Assembly (NCBI GenBank): GCA_964588045.1
Contig: CAZPON010000001.1
Coordinates: 1 to 46,681 of the forward strand
Source of the DNA: an uncultured Gemmatimonas sp.
GTDB lineage: Bacteria > Gemmatimonadota > Gemmatimonadetes > Gemmatimonadales > Gemmatimonadaceae
DNA: 46,681 nucleotides
Reading direction: 5' to 3'
Positions 18,337 to 28,284 of the stretch are shown in pieces. The notes below the pieces were generated by a model. The model had not been told where the DNA came from. It made no database searches and worked only from the letters and a program-made list of their open reading frames with translations. A program made the translations under genes and the position numbers. Position 1 is the stretch's first letter; the number at the start of each line of letters is the position of its first letter.

Positions 18337-20712
18337 GTGACCATCGAAGATGAATGGCTGTGGGGATGGGATCCCACACCCGGGATCGTCTCCGTCTGGG
18401 CGGAAGCGGACGGACACGCCACGATCTGGCGTCGAAGCGCCGAGACTGGCGCGCTGGTGCGCGAAGTGGCGCGTTTCCGGCCATGGCTGTTGCTCGATGC
18501 ACTCACCGACCTCCAGCACCTGGGTGGCGACCTGCAGCGCGTCGATGACACGACGGCGGACACGGCATCCGGCATCACGTATCGCGAGCTGGACGGTCCC
18601 GGCGCGCTGCGATTCCTGGTGTCCGCCAATGACTGGACGACCTTGACCACGGCGATCCTCGGGGGCGCGTCGCATCGGGTCGGGCATCGCATTCGGCACC
18701 TGCGCGACCTGCCGCCATCCAGCCTGCACGTGATACCGCCCGAGGAGCAGTACCTGGTGGCAACGGGTCGCACGTACTTCCGCGACCTCGCCTTTGCGCA
18801 GTTGCGTCGCATGCAGGTCGACATCGAAACCACGGGACTGAACGCGGAGCGTCATCGCGTGTTCATGATCGCCGTGCGCGATCCATCGGGCGTGGTCGAA
18901 ACGCTCGAGGCCCGCGACAACAGTGCGAAGGCCGAAGCCGATCTGCTGGCGCAACTCGTGGCGAAGGTGCAGGCGTGCGATCCGGATGTCATCGAGAATC
19001 ACAACCTGCACGGATTCGACCTGCCGTTTCTCGAGACGCGCGCGCGCCTGCATGGCGTGACGCTGAACCTGGGCCGGCTCGGCGACACCGGCCTCCGCAC
19101 GCGTGGTGCCCGACGCGGCACCCGCAGTCGCGCCGATGCCGCGCGGCGTGTGCGCTTTGTGGCGCCGGGGCGCGAACTCATCGACACGCTCGATGCCGTG
19201 CGCCGCTATGACTTCTCGGCGCGCGACCTGCCGGGTCATGGGTTGAAGGCCGTGGCGAAGCACCTGGGCATTGCCAGCGCCGATCGCGAGATGATTCGTG
19301 GCGACCAGATTCACGTCGTGTATCGCACCGATCCCGCGCGCGTCCGGCGCTATGCCGCGGCCGACGTCGAGGAAGTGGCCGCGCTGGCCGAGTTGCTGGG
19401 CGGCGCCGCATTTGCGTTGGCCCGCATGGCACCGCGTCGATACGAGCGGCTCGCCGACGCCGGTGCGGCCACGGGTGTGATCGACCCGCTCCTCGTACGT
19501 GCATACCTGCGAGCCGGTCACGCGCTGCCGGCGCATCAGGACGGTGACGGCACACCCCACAGCGGCGCCGCGCTGCACGTGTTTGCCACCGGTGTCGCGC
19601 ATCGCGTGGTGAAGGCGGATGTCGCCAGCCTGTATCCGTCCCTCATGCGCGCGTTCCGCATCGGACCGGACCGCGATCATCTGGGCGCGTTCATTTCCCT
19701 CGTCGACCGCCTTGTCGAGCAGCGCCTGGTCGCCAAGGCCAGCGCACGGGCGGCGCCGGCACACTCGACCGAGCGCACCACGCACGAAGCCATGTCGGCC
19801 GCGATGAAGCTGGTCATCAACTCCGCCTACGGATATCTCGCGGCGGGTGGCGGCCTCACACGCTTTGCCGACGTGCATGCGGCCAACGAGGTCACCCGTC
19901 GGGGACGCGAAACGCTCGCGTTGATGTGCGGCGAACTGGCCGCGCGTGGCGTGACGCTGCTCGAGGCCGATACCGATGGCGTGTACTTCGCGGTCCCCGA
20001 CGGATGGAGCGAGGCGGACGAACAGCGCGTGGTGACCGAGGTGGCGAACCTCCTTCCGGCGCTCGTACAACTCGAGTTCGAGGGACGCTACGCCGCCATG
20101 TTGTCGCACGAACCGAAGAACTACGCGCTCCTTTCGTACGACGGGTCGTTGGTGCTGCGCGGCGTCGCCTTCCGCTCCAGTCGCGCCGAGCCGTTTGGCG
20201 AGCAGTTCCTGCGGCGGGCCATCACCCGGCTGCTGAACGACGACGTGGCCGGCGTGCGCGACGTCTATCTGTCCACGCTTGCCGCGCTCCGAAGGCGGGA
20301 ACTGCCGACGTTCGCAGTGTCGTCACGCGTCCGGCTCACCAAGTCGCCCGCGCGATATGCGCAGGTACGCGCGACGCGGCGTGAATTCACGTATGAAGCC
20401 ATTCTCGCCGGCGGACACCCGACATGGAGCGTCGGTGAACGGGTTCGTGTGTACCGGCGGCACGGTGGTGTCGGTGGCGTGGTGCCCGAGTTCGGCGGCG
20501 AATCGCTGGTGAGTGACGCCGATGATCCGCGGGACTACGACGTCGAGTACTATGCGCGGTTGCTCCGGCGTATCTATGCGACACGACTGGCGCGGGCATT
20601 CACGGCCATCGACTTCGAGTCCGTTTTCGCCGACGAACTGCAGCTGCCGCTCTTCGAGTCGCACCACGGACACATTCGCACCGTGCTGGTTCGCCAGTCC
20701 GGCGGGCTCTGA
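18337..20712 (+). CDS. Family B DNA polymerase with 3'-5' exonuclease domain
   Basis: ExoI DIETTG, ExoII NHNLHGFDLPFL, ExoIII YAAAD; polymerase motifs DVASLYPS, KLVINSAYGY and ADTDG. Confidence 0.92.
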   Translation: MTIEDEWLWGWDPTPGIVSVWAEADGHATIWRRSAETGALVREVARFRPWLLLDALTDLQHLGGDLQRVDDTTADTASGITYRELDGPGALRFLVSANDWTTLTTAILGGASHRVGHRIRHLRDLPPSSLHVIPPEEQYLVATGRTYFRDLAFAQLRRMQVDIETTGLNAERHRVFMIAVRDPSGVVETLEARDNSAKAEADLLAQLVAKVQACDPDVIENHNLHGFDLPFLETRARLHGVTLNLGRLGDTGLRTRGARRGTRSRADAARRVRFVAPGRELIDTLDAVRRYDFSARDLPGHGLKAVAKHLGIASADREMIRGDQIHVVYRTDPARVRRYAAADVEEVAALAELLGGAAFALARMAPRRYERLADAGAATGVIDPLLVRAYLRAGHALPAHQDGDGTPHSGAALHVFATGVAHRVVKADVASLYPSLMRAFRIGPDRDHLGAFISLVDRLVEQRLVAKASARAAPAHSTERTTHEAMSAAMKLVINSAYGYLAAGGGLTRFADVHAANEVTRRGRETLALMCGELAARGVTLLEADTDGVYFAVPDGWSEADEQRVVTEVANLLPALVQLEFEGRYAAMLSHEPKNYALLSYDGSLVLRGVAFRSSRAEPFGEQFLRRAITRLLNDDVAGVRDVYLSTLAALRRRELPTFAVSSRVRLTKSPARYAQVRATRREFTYEAILAGGHPTWSVGERVRVYRRHGGVGGVVPEFGGESLVSDADDPRDYDVEYYARLLRRIYATRLARAFTAIDFESVFADELQLPLFESHHGHIRTVLVRQSGGL

Positions 20713-20719
20713 CCTCGCG

Positions 20720-21619
20720 CTACGTGGCCGCCGCTGCCCGTACCTTCATCGGTGCACGCGCAACGATGATCGTGATATTGTCGGAACCGCCGCGTTCCAG
20801 GGCCATGCCCAGCAGCGTGCGAGCCAGTTGCTCGGCCGGCATCGCCCGACCACACAGGGCGGCGAGCTCGTCGTCCGAGACGTGCTTGGTCAGGCCGTCG
20901 GTGCAAAACAGCAGGACGCACCCGCGCTCCGTCACGTCGACGCGCGTCACGACCGGTGTCGCATCCTCGGCGCCGATCGCGCTGCTCAGCACATGCTTGA
21001 GTGGCGAGTTGTTGGCGTCCTCGGGCTTGATGGCGCCCATGTCGAGCAACGCTTGCGCCATGGTCTGGTCGCGCGTGACCTGCCCCAGGCATCCCTTCGT
21101 GTAGATATACGCGCGACTGTCCCCGACCTGCACGACGTAGAGCCAGGGCCACACCGCGATGCCGAGCGTCAGTGTGGTGGCGAGGTTCGCCTTGCCGGGG
21201 CGCGTCGCGGCTTCGGCCCGCACGGCATCATGCGCGCGCAACGCGGCTTCGCGCAGCGCCGTGAGAAACTCCGGATTCTGCCCGGCGCCGATCTCGTGGT
21301 AACAGTTCAGGCTCGAGGACACGTACTGCATCACGCTTTCCGTCGCGACCTGCGCCGCCGCCCCACCGTCGCTCGAACCACCGACACCATCCGCCACGAG
21401 CATGATGGTCCCCAGACGACTGCCTCGCAGCGGAAGCGCGCTGGCGCCATCGAGGCTCGACCCGTGAATGACGATCTGCGGATGCACGGTGGCGAGCAGG
21501 AAATGATCCTGGTTCTCCTTGCGCTGCAGGCCCGTATGCGTGATGCCGAACATGTCGAGTTCGTCGTCCGACGGGCGGACGGCCACCATGGCCGGCTGGG
21601 ACTCGGTTTGTCGTGACAT
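20720..21619 (-). CDS. PP2C-family Ser/Thr protein phosphatase
   Basis: RKENQD, VADGVGG, VGDSRAY, CTDGL and GGSDNIT motifs. Confidence 0.93.
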   Translation of the reverse strand: MSRQTESQPAMVAVRPSDDELDMFGITHTGLQRKENQDHFLLATVHPQIVIHGSSLDGASALPLRGSRLGTIMLVADGVGGSSDGGAAAQVATESVMQYVSSSLNCYHEIGAGQNPEFLTALREAALRAHDAVRAEAATRPGKANLATTLTLGIAVWPWLYVVQVGDSRAYIYTKGCLGQVTRDQTMAQALLDMGAIKPEDANNSPLKHVLSSAIGAEDATPVVTRVDVTERGCVLLFCTDGLTKHVSDDELAALCGRAMPAEQLARTLLGMALERGGSDNITIIVARAPMKVRAAAAT

Positions 21620-21710
21620 GGTGAAGTGCACCTCGCGCGCGGGGATACCGGGAAGTAACCCCCGAGATCACACCGAGGCCAGTATGCGGCCGGCGCGTGT
21701 TCGCGGCCGC

Positions 21711-22055
21711 CTATCGGCGACCGCGCAGTGCTGCGACCTCGACCGTCAGCGCAAACGTGCGCGCATCCCCTGGCGGCATCGCACCGACCTCCACCAGGTG
21801 ACGCGAAACTTCCTCGCCTTTGGCATCACGAATCACCACCAGGAGATTGTACTCCCAGGTGTCGCCCTGCGGCGCCCGAATGGTGCCTTCCACCCGAAAC
21901 GGCGACGCCAATGGCGTCGCCGGATTGGCCGCGTCAGGATCGAACCGCAGGTGTTTCTGGCACTGCGGGCAACGGACCGCGCGCTCGAGGACCGTGGTGC
22001 GACAATGCGGACACGTGCGCGTGGCGCCAGGTGCAACCGTGCGCCCTACGCTCAT
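21711..22055 (-). CDS. Hypothetical protein with double CxxC zinc ribbon
   Basis: CPHC...CPQC followed by a beta-rich domain; ATG overlaps the bactofilin stop (ATGA). Confidence 0.75.
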   Translation of the reverse strand: MSVGRTVAPGATRTCPHCRTTVLERAVRCPQCQKHLRFDPDAANPATPLASPFRVEGTIRAPQGDTWEYNLLVVIRDAKGEEVSRHLVEVGAMPPGDARTFALTVEVAALRGRR

Positions 22056-22621
22056 GTGCCTCCGACGTGCTCCGCACCATTCGAGGCGCTGCCAGCCGTT
22101 GTGAACCTCGCCGCTGCCGGCGCACCGGCGCGCACGCCCGCGCCCGAGGGCGACGCCTCCGCCCACCCGCACTCGATGTGACCGCGCACACGCGATCCCG
22201 CGGCCAGCGTCAGCGTGTCGGCCTTGAGGTCGCCCACGATCAGGCCGGACGCATGCACGTCCACGCGTGACGCCTTCACCACGTTGCCTTCCAACTCGCC
22301 GGCAATGGCAACCGTCGACGCGCGCACGCTCCCGGCAAGCTTCGCGCCGGACTCGATCGTGACCGCACCATCCACGGTGACATCGCCCGTGAACCGGCCC
22401 GCAAGCCGCACACTCCCGACACCCGTGATGGATCCTTCGATCGAGAGGTCCGCACCGATCACCGATTCCGAGCCCTCCTGACGCTTCGTCGGTCGCGGTG
22501 CTTCAACGGGCGGCGTATGGTCACTCAGTGCCACCGGCACCTCGGGACGCGCCGCGACGTCGACCGGCTGCGGATCGGTTCCATCCTTGCGTGTGTTCGG
22601 CTGTTCCTTCCAAAGGGCCAT
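22052..22621 (-). CDS. Bactofilin (polymer-forming cytoskeletal protein)
   Basis: SVIGADLSIEGSI...GRFTGDV...GELEGNV...GDL beta-helix repeats; GGAGA RBS; N-terminal MALWK membrane-targeting-like peptide. Confidence 0.9.
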   Translation of the reverse strand: MALWKEQPNTRKDGTDPQPVDVAARPEVPVALSDHTPPVEAPRPTKRQEGSESVIGADLSIEGSITGVGSVRLAGRFTGDVTVDGAVTIESGAKLAGSVRASTVAIAGELEGNVVKASRVDVHASGLIVGDLKADTLTLAAGSRVRGHIECGWAEASPSGAGVRAGAPAAARFTTAGSASNGAEHVGGT

Positions 22622-22741
22622 GATGATCTCCAGTTGGGGAAAACCTTCCCATGGTAGTGACTCCAGCGGCGTCCGCTGCGACCTGCATCACAGGACGGCG
22701 GCGAATGTCGATCGAGTCCCGCTGCCACGGCGATGCGACGA

Positions 22742-23170
22742 CTAACGATTCAACGGATTCGTGCAGCCGATGATCCTGCCGCTGGCCTCCCAGCGACTCG
22801 ATGAAGCGCTATCCTTCGGCGCAAGACTCGGCATCTCGAACTCACGACTGCTGTCAGCCCGTGCCACCGGCATCGGGCATTCGGTTTGCGGTGGCATGGC
22901 CGGAGGTGCGACGCGCATTCTCGCCACGACGATCGGCGCGCGCACGCTGTACGATGCCGTTCGCGGCTCCGGCGTCGAACGCCTGTCGCTCCCCCGCACC
23001 ACACCAAGCGTGCTCGCATACCGGTCGATCCATGTGGCGTTTGCCGGATCCGGCGCGCCAAGCCAGGCGGACGTGTTCGGCGGCACGTCCGCCGACGTCT
23101 GCGCACCCAGCGCCGACACGGCCGACAGGAGGGTCACCGCCGTGGCGATGCAGGGACCGATCGAGATCAT
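22742..23170 (-). CDS. Hypothetical secreted protein
   Basis: Signal-peptide-like start ending ALG-AQ; CPMPV...GCTNPL; fills the gap between flanking genes. Confidence 0.5.
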   Translation of the reverse strand: MISIGPCIATAVTLLSAVSALGAQTSADVPPNTSAWLGAPDPANATWIDRYASTLGVVRGSDRRSTPEPRTASYSVRAPIVVARMRVAPPAMPPQTECPMPVARADSSREFEMPSLAPKDSASSSRWEASGRIIGCTNPLNR

Positions 23171-23330
23171 TCGTCGCACTGGCTCTCCGGGATGGCAGGA
23201 CGTGCCGTTGACGGGAATATAGCCGCGGTTGCGCCCGCTTGTGGAGATCGGACTCAGGCTACAACGTCGAGATCGTCTGGCTCGAATTTCGCGCCCGCCA
23301 TCCCACCGCGCGCTCTCGACAACAACCGCA

Positions 23331-25547
23331 ATGCCTGTCTCGCGCTCCACGGCTCGCCCTTGCTGGTCCTTTGGACAGCCCCTCACGCTTCTGCTTGTGT
23401 TCGCCATCGCCTGCGGCGGCGGCGGGGACGGGATCGTGCGGCCGAGGTCGCAGGCCGCGCTCACCGGAATTGCCCTCAATCCTCCGTCCCTGACGCTCCA
23501 GGTCACGCAGACCGGACAGCTGCAGGCGTCTCTCGCGGGCCCCGGTGCCTCCAGCGGACAGGGCACCATCAGCTTTGCGTCGTCGGCGACCTCGGTCGCA
23601 ACCGTGTCGTCGACAGGCTTGGTGACGGCGATCAGTCCGGGTACGGCGACGATCATCGCGACCGGATCGCATCCCACGTCGGGCAACCTCACGACGTCGA
23701 CCGTTTCTGCGTCTTCGATTGTGAACGTGACGGCACGGCCAGTCAGCACGATCGCGCTCACGCTCGCGTCCAGCAGTCTCGTGGTCGGTCAACAGACACA
23801 GGCAACAGCGGTGGCCCGCGATGCGGCCGGTGGCGCCTTGCCCGAAGCGACGATTGCATTCGCGTCCTCGAACGCCAGCGTCGCAAGCATTTCGCAAGCC
23901 GGCCTTGTCACCGCCATCGGGCCTGGAACCACGCTGATTTCCGCCACCTCCGGAGCGGCCGCGCAGACCGCAACACTGACGGTGACGCCGGCGTTCGTTC
24001 CTGTTGCCTCGATCCAGCCCTTCTCGATCCCGAATATCGTGGGAGGTAGCACACGGACACTGACCGTCGTGCCTCTCGATGGGAGCGGCACGCCACTCAC
24101 CGATCGCGTGTGCACCTGGACGTCGTCGGCAACGCAGGCCGCGACGGTGACGAGTCCCGGAATGACCAGCACGCTCACCGTGCTTTCCGCATTGGCCAGC
24201 ACCACGCCGGTCACGATCACCGTCACCTGTGAAGGACGGAGCGCATCAGCCGCCTTCTCGGCGACGCCCATTCCGGTGGCGGCCGTCATCCTCACGCGTG
24301 ACTCCACGGTACTCGCGCACGGCGAGTCGGGGTTGATCCGCGCAACCTTGCGCGACGCACAGGGCAACGTGCTGCTCAACCGCGCGGTGGTGTTCATGGA
24401 CACCACCGGTCGCCTCGGCCTTCCGCCGAGTGGCGCGTGGACGACGTGCGCCGTCGAAGGGCAGACCTGCGCCTTCACCGGCATGCGGCTCGTTCGCTAT
24501 GGTGCCAGCGACCAGTTCACGTACCGGACGGTCACCGGATCCGTACCATGCACCAACGACGCGTTCGGTCGCGACCCGGCGACTGGCATCGAGAAGGAGT
24601 GCGCGCACGCGGCGCCCGCATCTTCGACGAACGGACAGGTGCTCGTGAGCGCCTGGCATTGCTTCGACGACATCTGCCCGCGAGGGATCAGCGAGTCCGT
24701 GGTGCGGGCCGTGCCTGTCGAGAATCCGCAGGGCGTGGCCGGTCTCATCACGCAGGGCGTCGTGCCGGAATTCGTGCTCGTGGCGCGGACGCCCTCCGAC
24801 AGCGGGCCGCTGAGCGTCGAGACCACGCACACCCTCGCCTTCTCGAACGACGTCTCGGGCACAGGGCTCGGCAATCAGCACGTCGGGCTCCGGATCGTCG
24901 GGAGTGCCACACTCATCGATCCGTTCGGCGCTATCACCGTGCAGCAGAACGTCCTCACGTTTCCGGCCCGGCTCACGGAGAACCGACGGTACGAGTTCTT
25001 CTACACGAACGCCCTGAAGGACATCTACGGAAAGGCGCTGCGCAATCCCGGCGCATTCACGTACACCACGGTGCAGATGGACAAGCGGTACTACTACCGC
25101 CTCACGAGTGTCTTTGCCGATGCGATGGGCCGTTCGCTGTCCACCGCCGTCGGCACGATTCAATGCGTGATGTCACCAACCAACGTCGACGATCCCCGGC
25201 AGCGCTGGTACGTCGAGCCGTACGAGGCGTCGCAGCCCGGTCTCGACACGCGGTTTCCGTCCGCAACGAGCAGGGTCCGGCTGCGCAACCAGTTCTACGG
25301 CGACGCGCGCAACCTCGAAGGAGCCACTCCCGGAGGGTCCTGCCAGATGAACCCGGCCGGACCGGACCGCTTCGGTGGTGAAGAGTGGTATAGCGCGTCG
25401 TACTTCGGATTGGCGTTTTACTGGCTGCATGCGGGGAACCCGGCGTTCGCCCTCGATCAGCCGGGGGCCGGCACGATCGCCGGGCTTGCCGCCACCGGCA
25501 ACTTCTCCGGACAGGCGTGGTCGTTCACCCGTCTGGGTCGGCGATAG
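23331..25547 (+). CDS. Multidomain Ig-like (Big_2-type) surface lipoprotein with probable lectin modules
   Basis: Lipobox-like AIAC-GGGG; repeats SSATSVATVSSTGLVTAISPGTATI and SSNASVASISQAGLVTAIGPGTTLI; a Cys-rich module; C-terminal QxW repeats. Confidence 0.8.
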   Translation: MPVSRSTARPCWSFGQPLTLLLVFAIACGGGGDGIVRPRSQAALTGIALNPPSLTLQVTQTGQLQASLAGPGASSGQGTISFASSATSVATVSSTGLVTAISPGTATIIATGSHPTSGNLTTSTVSASSIVNVTARPVSTIALTLASSSLVVGQQTQATAVARDAAGGALPEATIAFASSNASVASISQAGLVTAIGPGTTLISATSGAAAQTATLTVTPAFVPVASIQPFSIPNIVGGSTRTLTVVPLDGSGTPLTDRVCTWTSSATQAATVTSPGMTSTLTVLSALASTTPVTITVTCEGRSASAAFSATPIPVAAVILTRDSTVLAHGESGLIRATLRDAQGNVLLNRAVVFMDTTGRLGLPPSGAWTTCAVEGQTCAFTGMRLVRYGASDQFTYRTVTGSVPCTNDAFGRDPATGIEKECAHAAPASSTNGQVLVSAWHCFDDICPRGISESVVRAVPVENPQGVAGLITQGVVPEFVLVARTPSDSGPLSVETTHTLAFSNDVSGTGLGNQHVGLRIVGSATLIDPFGAITVQQNVLTFPARLTENRRYEFFYTNALKDIYGKALRNPGAFTYTTVQMDKRYYYRLTSVFADAMGRSLSTAVGTIQCVMSPTNVDDPRQRWYVEPYEASQPGLDTRFPSATSRVRLRNQFYGDARNLEGATPGGSCQMNPAGPDRFGGEEWYSASYFGLAFYWLHAGNPAFALDQPGAGTIAGLAATGNFSGQAWSFTRLGRR

Positions 25548-25707
25548 CGTGCGCGCGTGAGATGATGCGCTAAGGCGATGGCCAACGCTGCAGCGTAACC
25601 TCCGGTTGTCGCGACAACAGGGTCCCAGCGGACGTCAACGGCAGGCAGGTTCGTGGTGTCATATCTTGAATCGCCGCGTCACGCAGTCCACACCCTTGGA
25701 GTCAGCG

Positions 25708-28191
25708 ATGGCAATGTTCGGCCGCGACCTCTCGTTCGCTGTGCGCACCTTGCGCAACAACCCGGCCTTCTCGATCACGGCGATCGTCACGCTCGCACTC
25801 GGCATCGGTGCCACCACCGCCATCTTCAGCGTCACCAATGCCGTGCTCCTGCGGCCCCTTCCGTACAGGGACAGCGAGCGGCTGGCGATCATCTGGGGAG
25901 AGCTCCGGCAGCGCAACGTGTACGACTGGAGCTTTGCGCCGGGCGACCTGAAAGACGTGATGGACCAGGGCACGCAGTTCGAGGCGATCGGTGCCATCAA
26001 CACGGGACAAGCCGCCGTCACCGTGGAGGGCTCCCCGCCGCAACCGATCAAGTTCGCGCAAGTAACGCCGAACATCTTCGACGTACTCGGCGTCACCATG
26101 CACCGCGGCCGCAGCTTTCTCCCTGGCGACGGAGCGCCACAGCCGCCCCAGCCGCAGCTTCCTCCCGGACAAGCATTGCCAGACGGCCCCCCGCCCGTGC
26201 GGCTGCCGAACATCGGCGTTCTCAGCAACGAGTTCTGGGTTCGGCAGTACGGTGCAGACCCAAGCCTGATTGGCAAGAGCATCGAGGTCTTCGGTCAGCC
26301 CATGGAAGTGGTGGGGATCCTGCCACCCGGTGTGGAGCTCGTGTTTCCGCCGAAGGCCGGAGTCGAGCGCCTGCCTGATGTGTGGGTCGCGGCGCGCATC
26401 AACTACGCGGCGGACCTCGCGCGCAACAATGTCGGCTGGTTTCCCATCGGGCGCATGAAGCCGGGCGTCTCCATCGAGGCCGCCAGCGCGCAGATGGAGA
26501 ACATTTCCAGCGGCCTCAGGGAACGCTTCCCGCTCAAGAAGACCGTGGATTTGCATTTCCGCGCCGAAGCCATGAAGGCCAACGTCGTCGCGTCGGTGAA
26601 GCCAACGATCCGCGCCTTGATGGGCGCGGTCGTCTTCGTGCTGCTCATCGCGTGCGCGAACGTGGCCAGCCTGCTGCTCGTGCGCGTCTCCATCCGCGAA
26701 CGCGAGATGGCGGTGCGCGCGGCGATCGGCGGTTCGCATTGGGCGATTACCCGACAGCTTCTCGCCGAGTCGCTGGTGCTTTCAACGGTCGGCGGTCTTC
26801 TCGGACTCGGCCTCGCATGGGCCGGCATCAAGGTGCTGCTCTCGATGGCGCCTGCGGACCTGCCGCGTATGGAAGGCGTGTCCATTGATCCGTGGGTCCT
26901 GGGTTTCACGATGCTCGCCTGCCTGCTCTCTGCCGTGGTGTTTGGCCTGGTGCCGGCCATTCGCGCGTCACGTCCGGATCTCACGAGCGTCCTGCGCGCC
27001 GGAGGCCGCGGCGTTGTCGGCAACCATGGCACGATGCTGCGCCGCGGCATCGTGATCACGGAAGTTGCATTGTCGTTCGTGTTGCTGGTGGGATGCGGCC
27101 TGATGGTCCGGAGTGCCATCGCCTTGAACCAGGTCGATCCGGGATTCGATCCCAAGGGCGTGCTCACGTTCAATGTCGGCAACCTGCGCGCGCGATCGAA
27201 CGAGGAGTTCACCGCGAAGGTCGCCACCATCAAGCAACGCCTCGCGGCGGTTCCCGGCGTCAAGGCCGTCTCGATGGTTTCGCAGTTGCCGCTCGACACG
27301 CGTGCATCCAATGCGCGATGGGGTCGCGAGGAAGCGCGCACCGATCCATCGATGTACCGTCAGGGGCAAGTGCACTTCATTCCGCCCGGCTACTTCGGTC
27401 TCATGAAGGCCCGCATCATCGACGGGCGCGACTTCGATGCGAGCGATGAAGTGCCGGGCGCGCAGACGGTCATCATCGACGAGCAGGTCGCGAAGCTCGC
27501 GTTCGGGAATGAACCGGCGGTGGGCAAGACCATTCTTTCGCGCATCCAGACGCCGGACGCGGTGCCGTTCAGAATCGTCGGCGTGGTGAAGCACCTGCGG
27601 CACACGACACTCTTCGGGGACGAGAAGGAGTCGCTGTACTTCCAGGCCGACTTCGGGAACGCCTGGCTCGTGCGCACCGACGGCAACCCGGATGACATTG
27701 CCGCATCCGTGCGCGCGGCACTGCGCGACGTGGATTCGCAGCTGCTGATCACCAACATGCAGCCGCTCACGGCCAACGTGGACCGCGCCATGGCGCCGAC
27801 CCGGTTCGCGCTCGGCCTCATCTCGGTGTTCGCAGGGCTGGCCGTCGTGCTGGCCGCGATCGGTTTGTACGGCGTGCTGTCGAGCCTCGTGCGTCAGCGC
27901 ATGAACGAGATCGGCGTGCGGCTCGCCTTCGGCGCGGAGCCACGCAGTATTTTCAGGATGGTCGTTGGCCAGGGCATGACGTTGAGCGCGCTCGGCGTCG
28001 GCGCAGGACTGTTCGGCGCCTTCCTGCTCACGCGGACCATGGTCAACCTGCTGGTGGGCGTGAGCCCGACGGACGCGACGACATTCGCGGTCATGGTAGT
28101 CGTGTTCCTTGCGATCGCGATCATCGCATCGTGGCTGCCCGCGCGCCGTGCGGCCAACGTGCAGCCAAACGTGGCCCTGAACGAAGGCTGA
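25708..28191 (+). CDS. ADOP-type duplicated MacB/FtsX ABC permease
   Basis: LALGIGATTAIFSV, LLIACANVASL, EIGVRLAFGA and PARRAANVQP. Confidence 0.92.
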   Translation: MAMFGRDLSFAVRTLRNNPAFSITAIVTLALGIGATTAIFSVTNAVLLRPLPYRDSERLAIIWGELRQRNVYDWSFAPGDLKDVMDQGTQFEAIGAINTGQAAVTVEGSPPQPIKFAQVTPNIFDVLGVTMHRGRSFLPGDGAPQPPQPQLPPGQALPDGPPPVRLPNIGVLSNEFWVRQYGADPSLIGKSIEVFGQPMEVVGILPPGVELVFPPKAGVERLPDVWVAARINYAADLARNNVGWFPIGRMKPGVSIEAASAQMENISSGLRERFPLKKTVDLHFRAEAMKANVVASVKPTIRALMGAVVFVLLIACANVASLLLVRVSIREREMAVRAAIGGSHWAITRQLLAESLVLSTVGGLLGLGLAWAGIKVLLSMAPADLPRMEGVSIDPWVLGFTMLACLLSAVVFGLVPAIRASRPDLTSVLRAGGRGVVGNHGTMLRRGIVITEVALSFVLLVGCGLMVRSAIALNQVDPGFDPKGVLTFNVGNLRARSNEEFTAKVATIKQRLAAVPGVKAVSMVSQLPLDTRASNARWGREEARTDPSMYRQGQVHFIPPGYFGLMKARIIDGRDFDASDEVPGAQTVIIDEQVAKLAFGNEPAVGKTILSRIQTPDAVPFRIVGVVKHLRHTTLFGDEKESLYFQADFGNAWLVRTDGNPDDIAASVRAALRDVDSQLLITNMQPLTANVDRAMAPTRFALGLISVFAGLAVVLAAIGLYGVLSSLVRQRMNEIGVRLAFGAEPRSIFRMVVGQGMTLSALGVGAGLFGAFLLTRTMVNLLVGVSPTDATTFAVMVVVFLAIAIIASWLPARRAANVQPNVALNEG

Positions 28192-28284
28192 ACCGCGACC
28201 CGGCATACTTTCTCGGTGTTCGCGGGATTGCTGCGCGTTACACTACGGGCTTCTGGCTTTGCTTCACTTTTCTTCGCACGAGGG

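Noticed and set aside
18298..20109. 603-aa minus-strand ORF, and similar long antisense ORFs over the ADOP and efflux genes
   Set aside because: Shadows of well-supported genes on the opposite strand.
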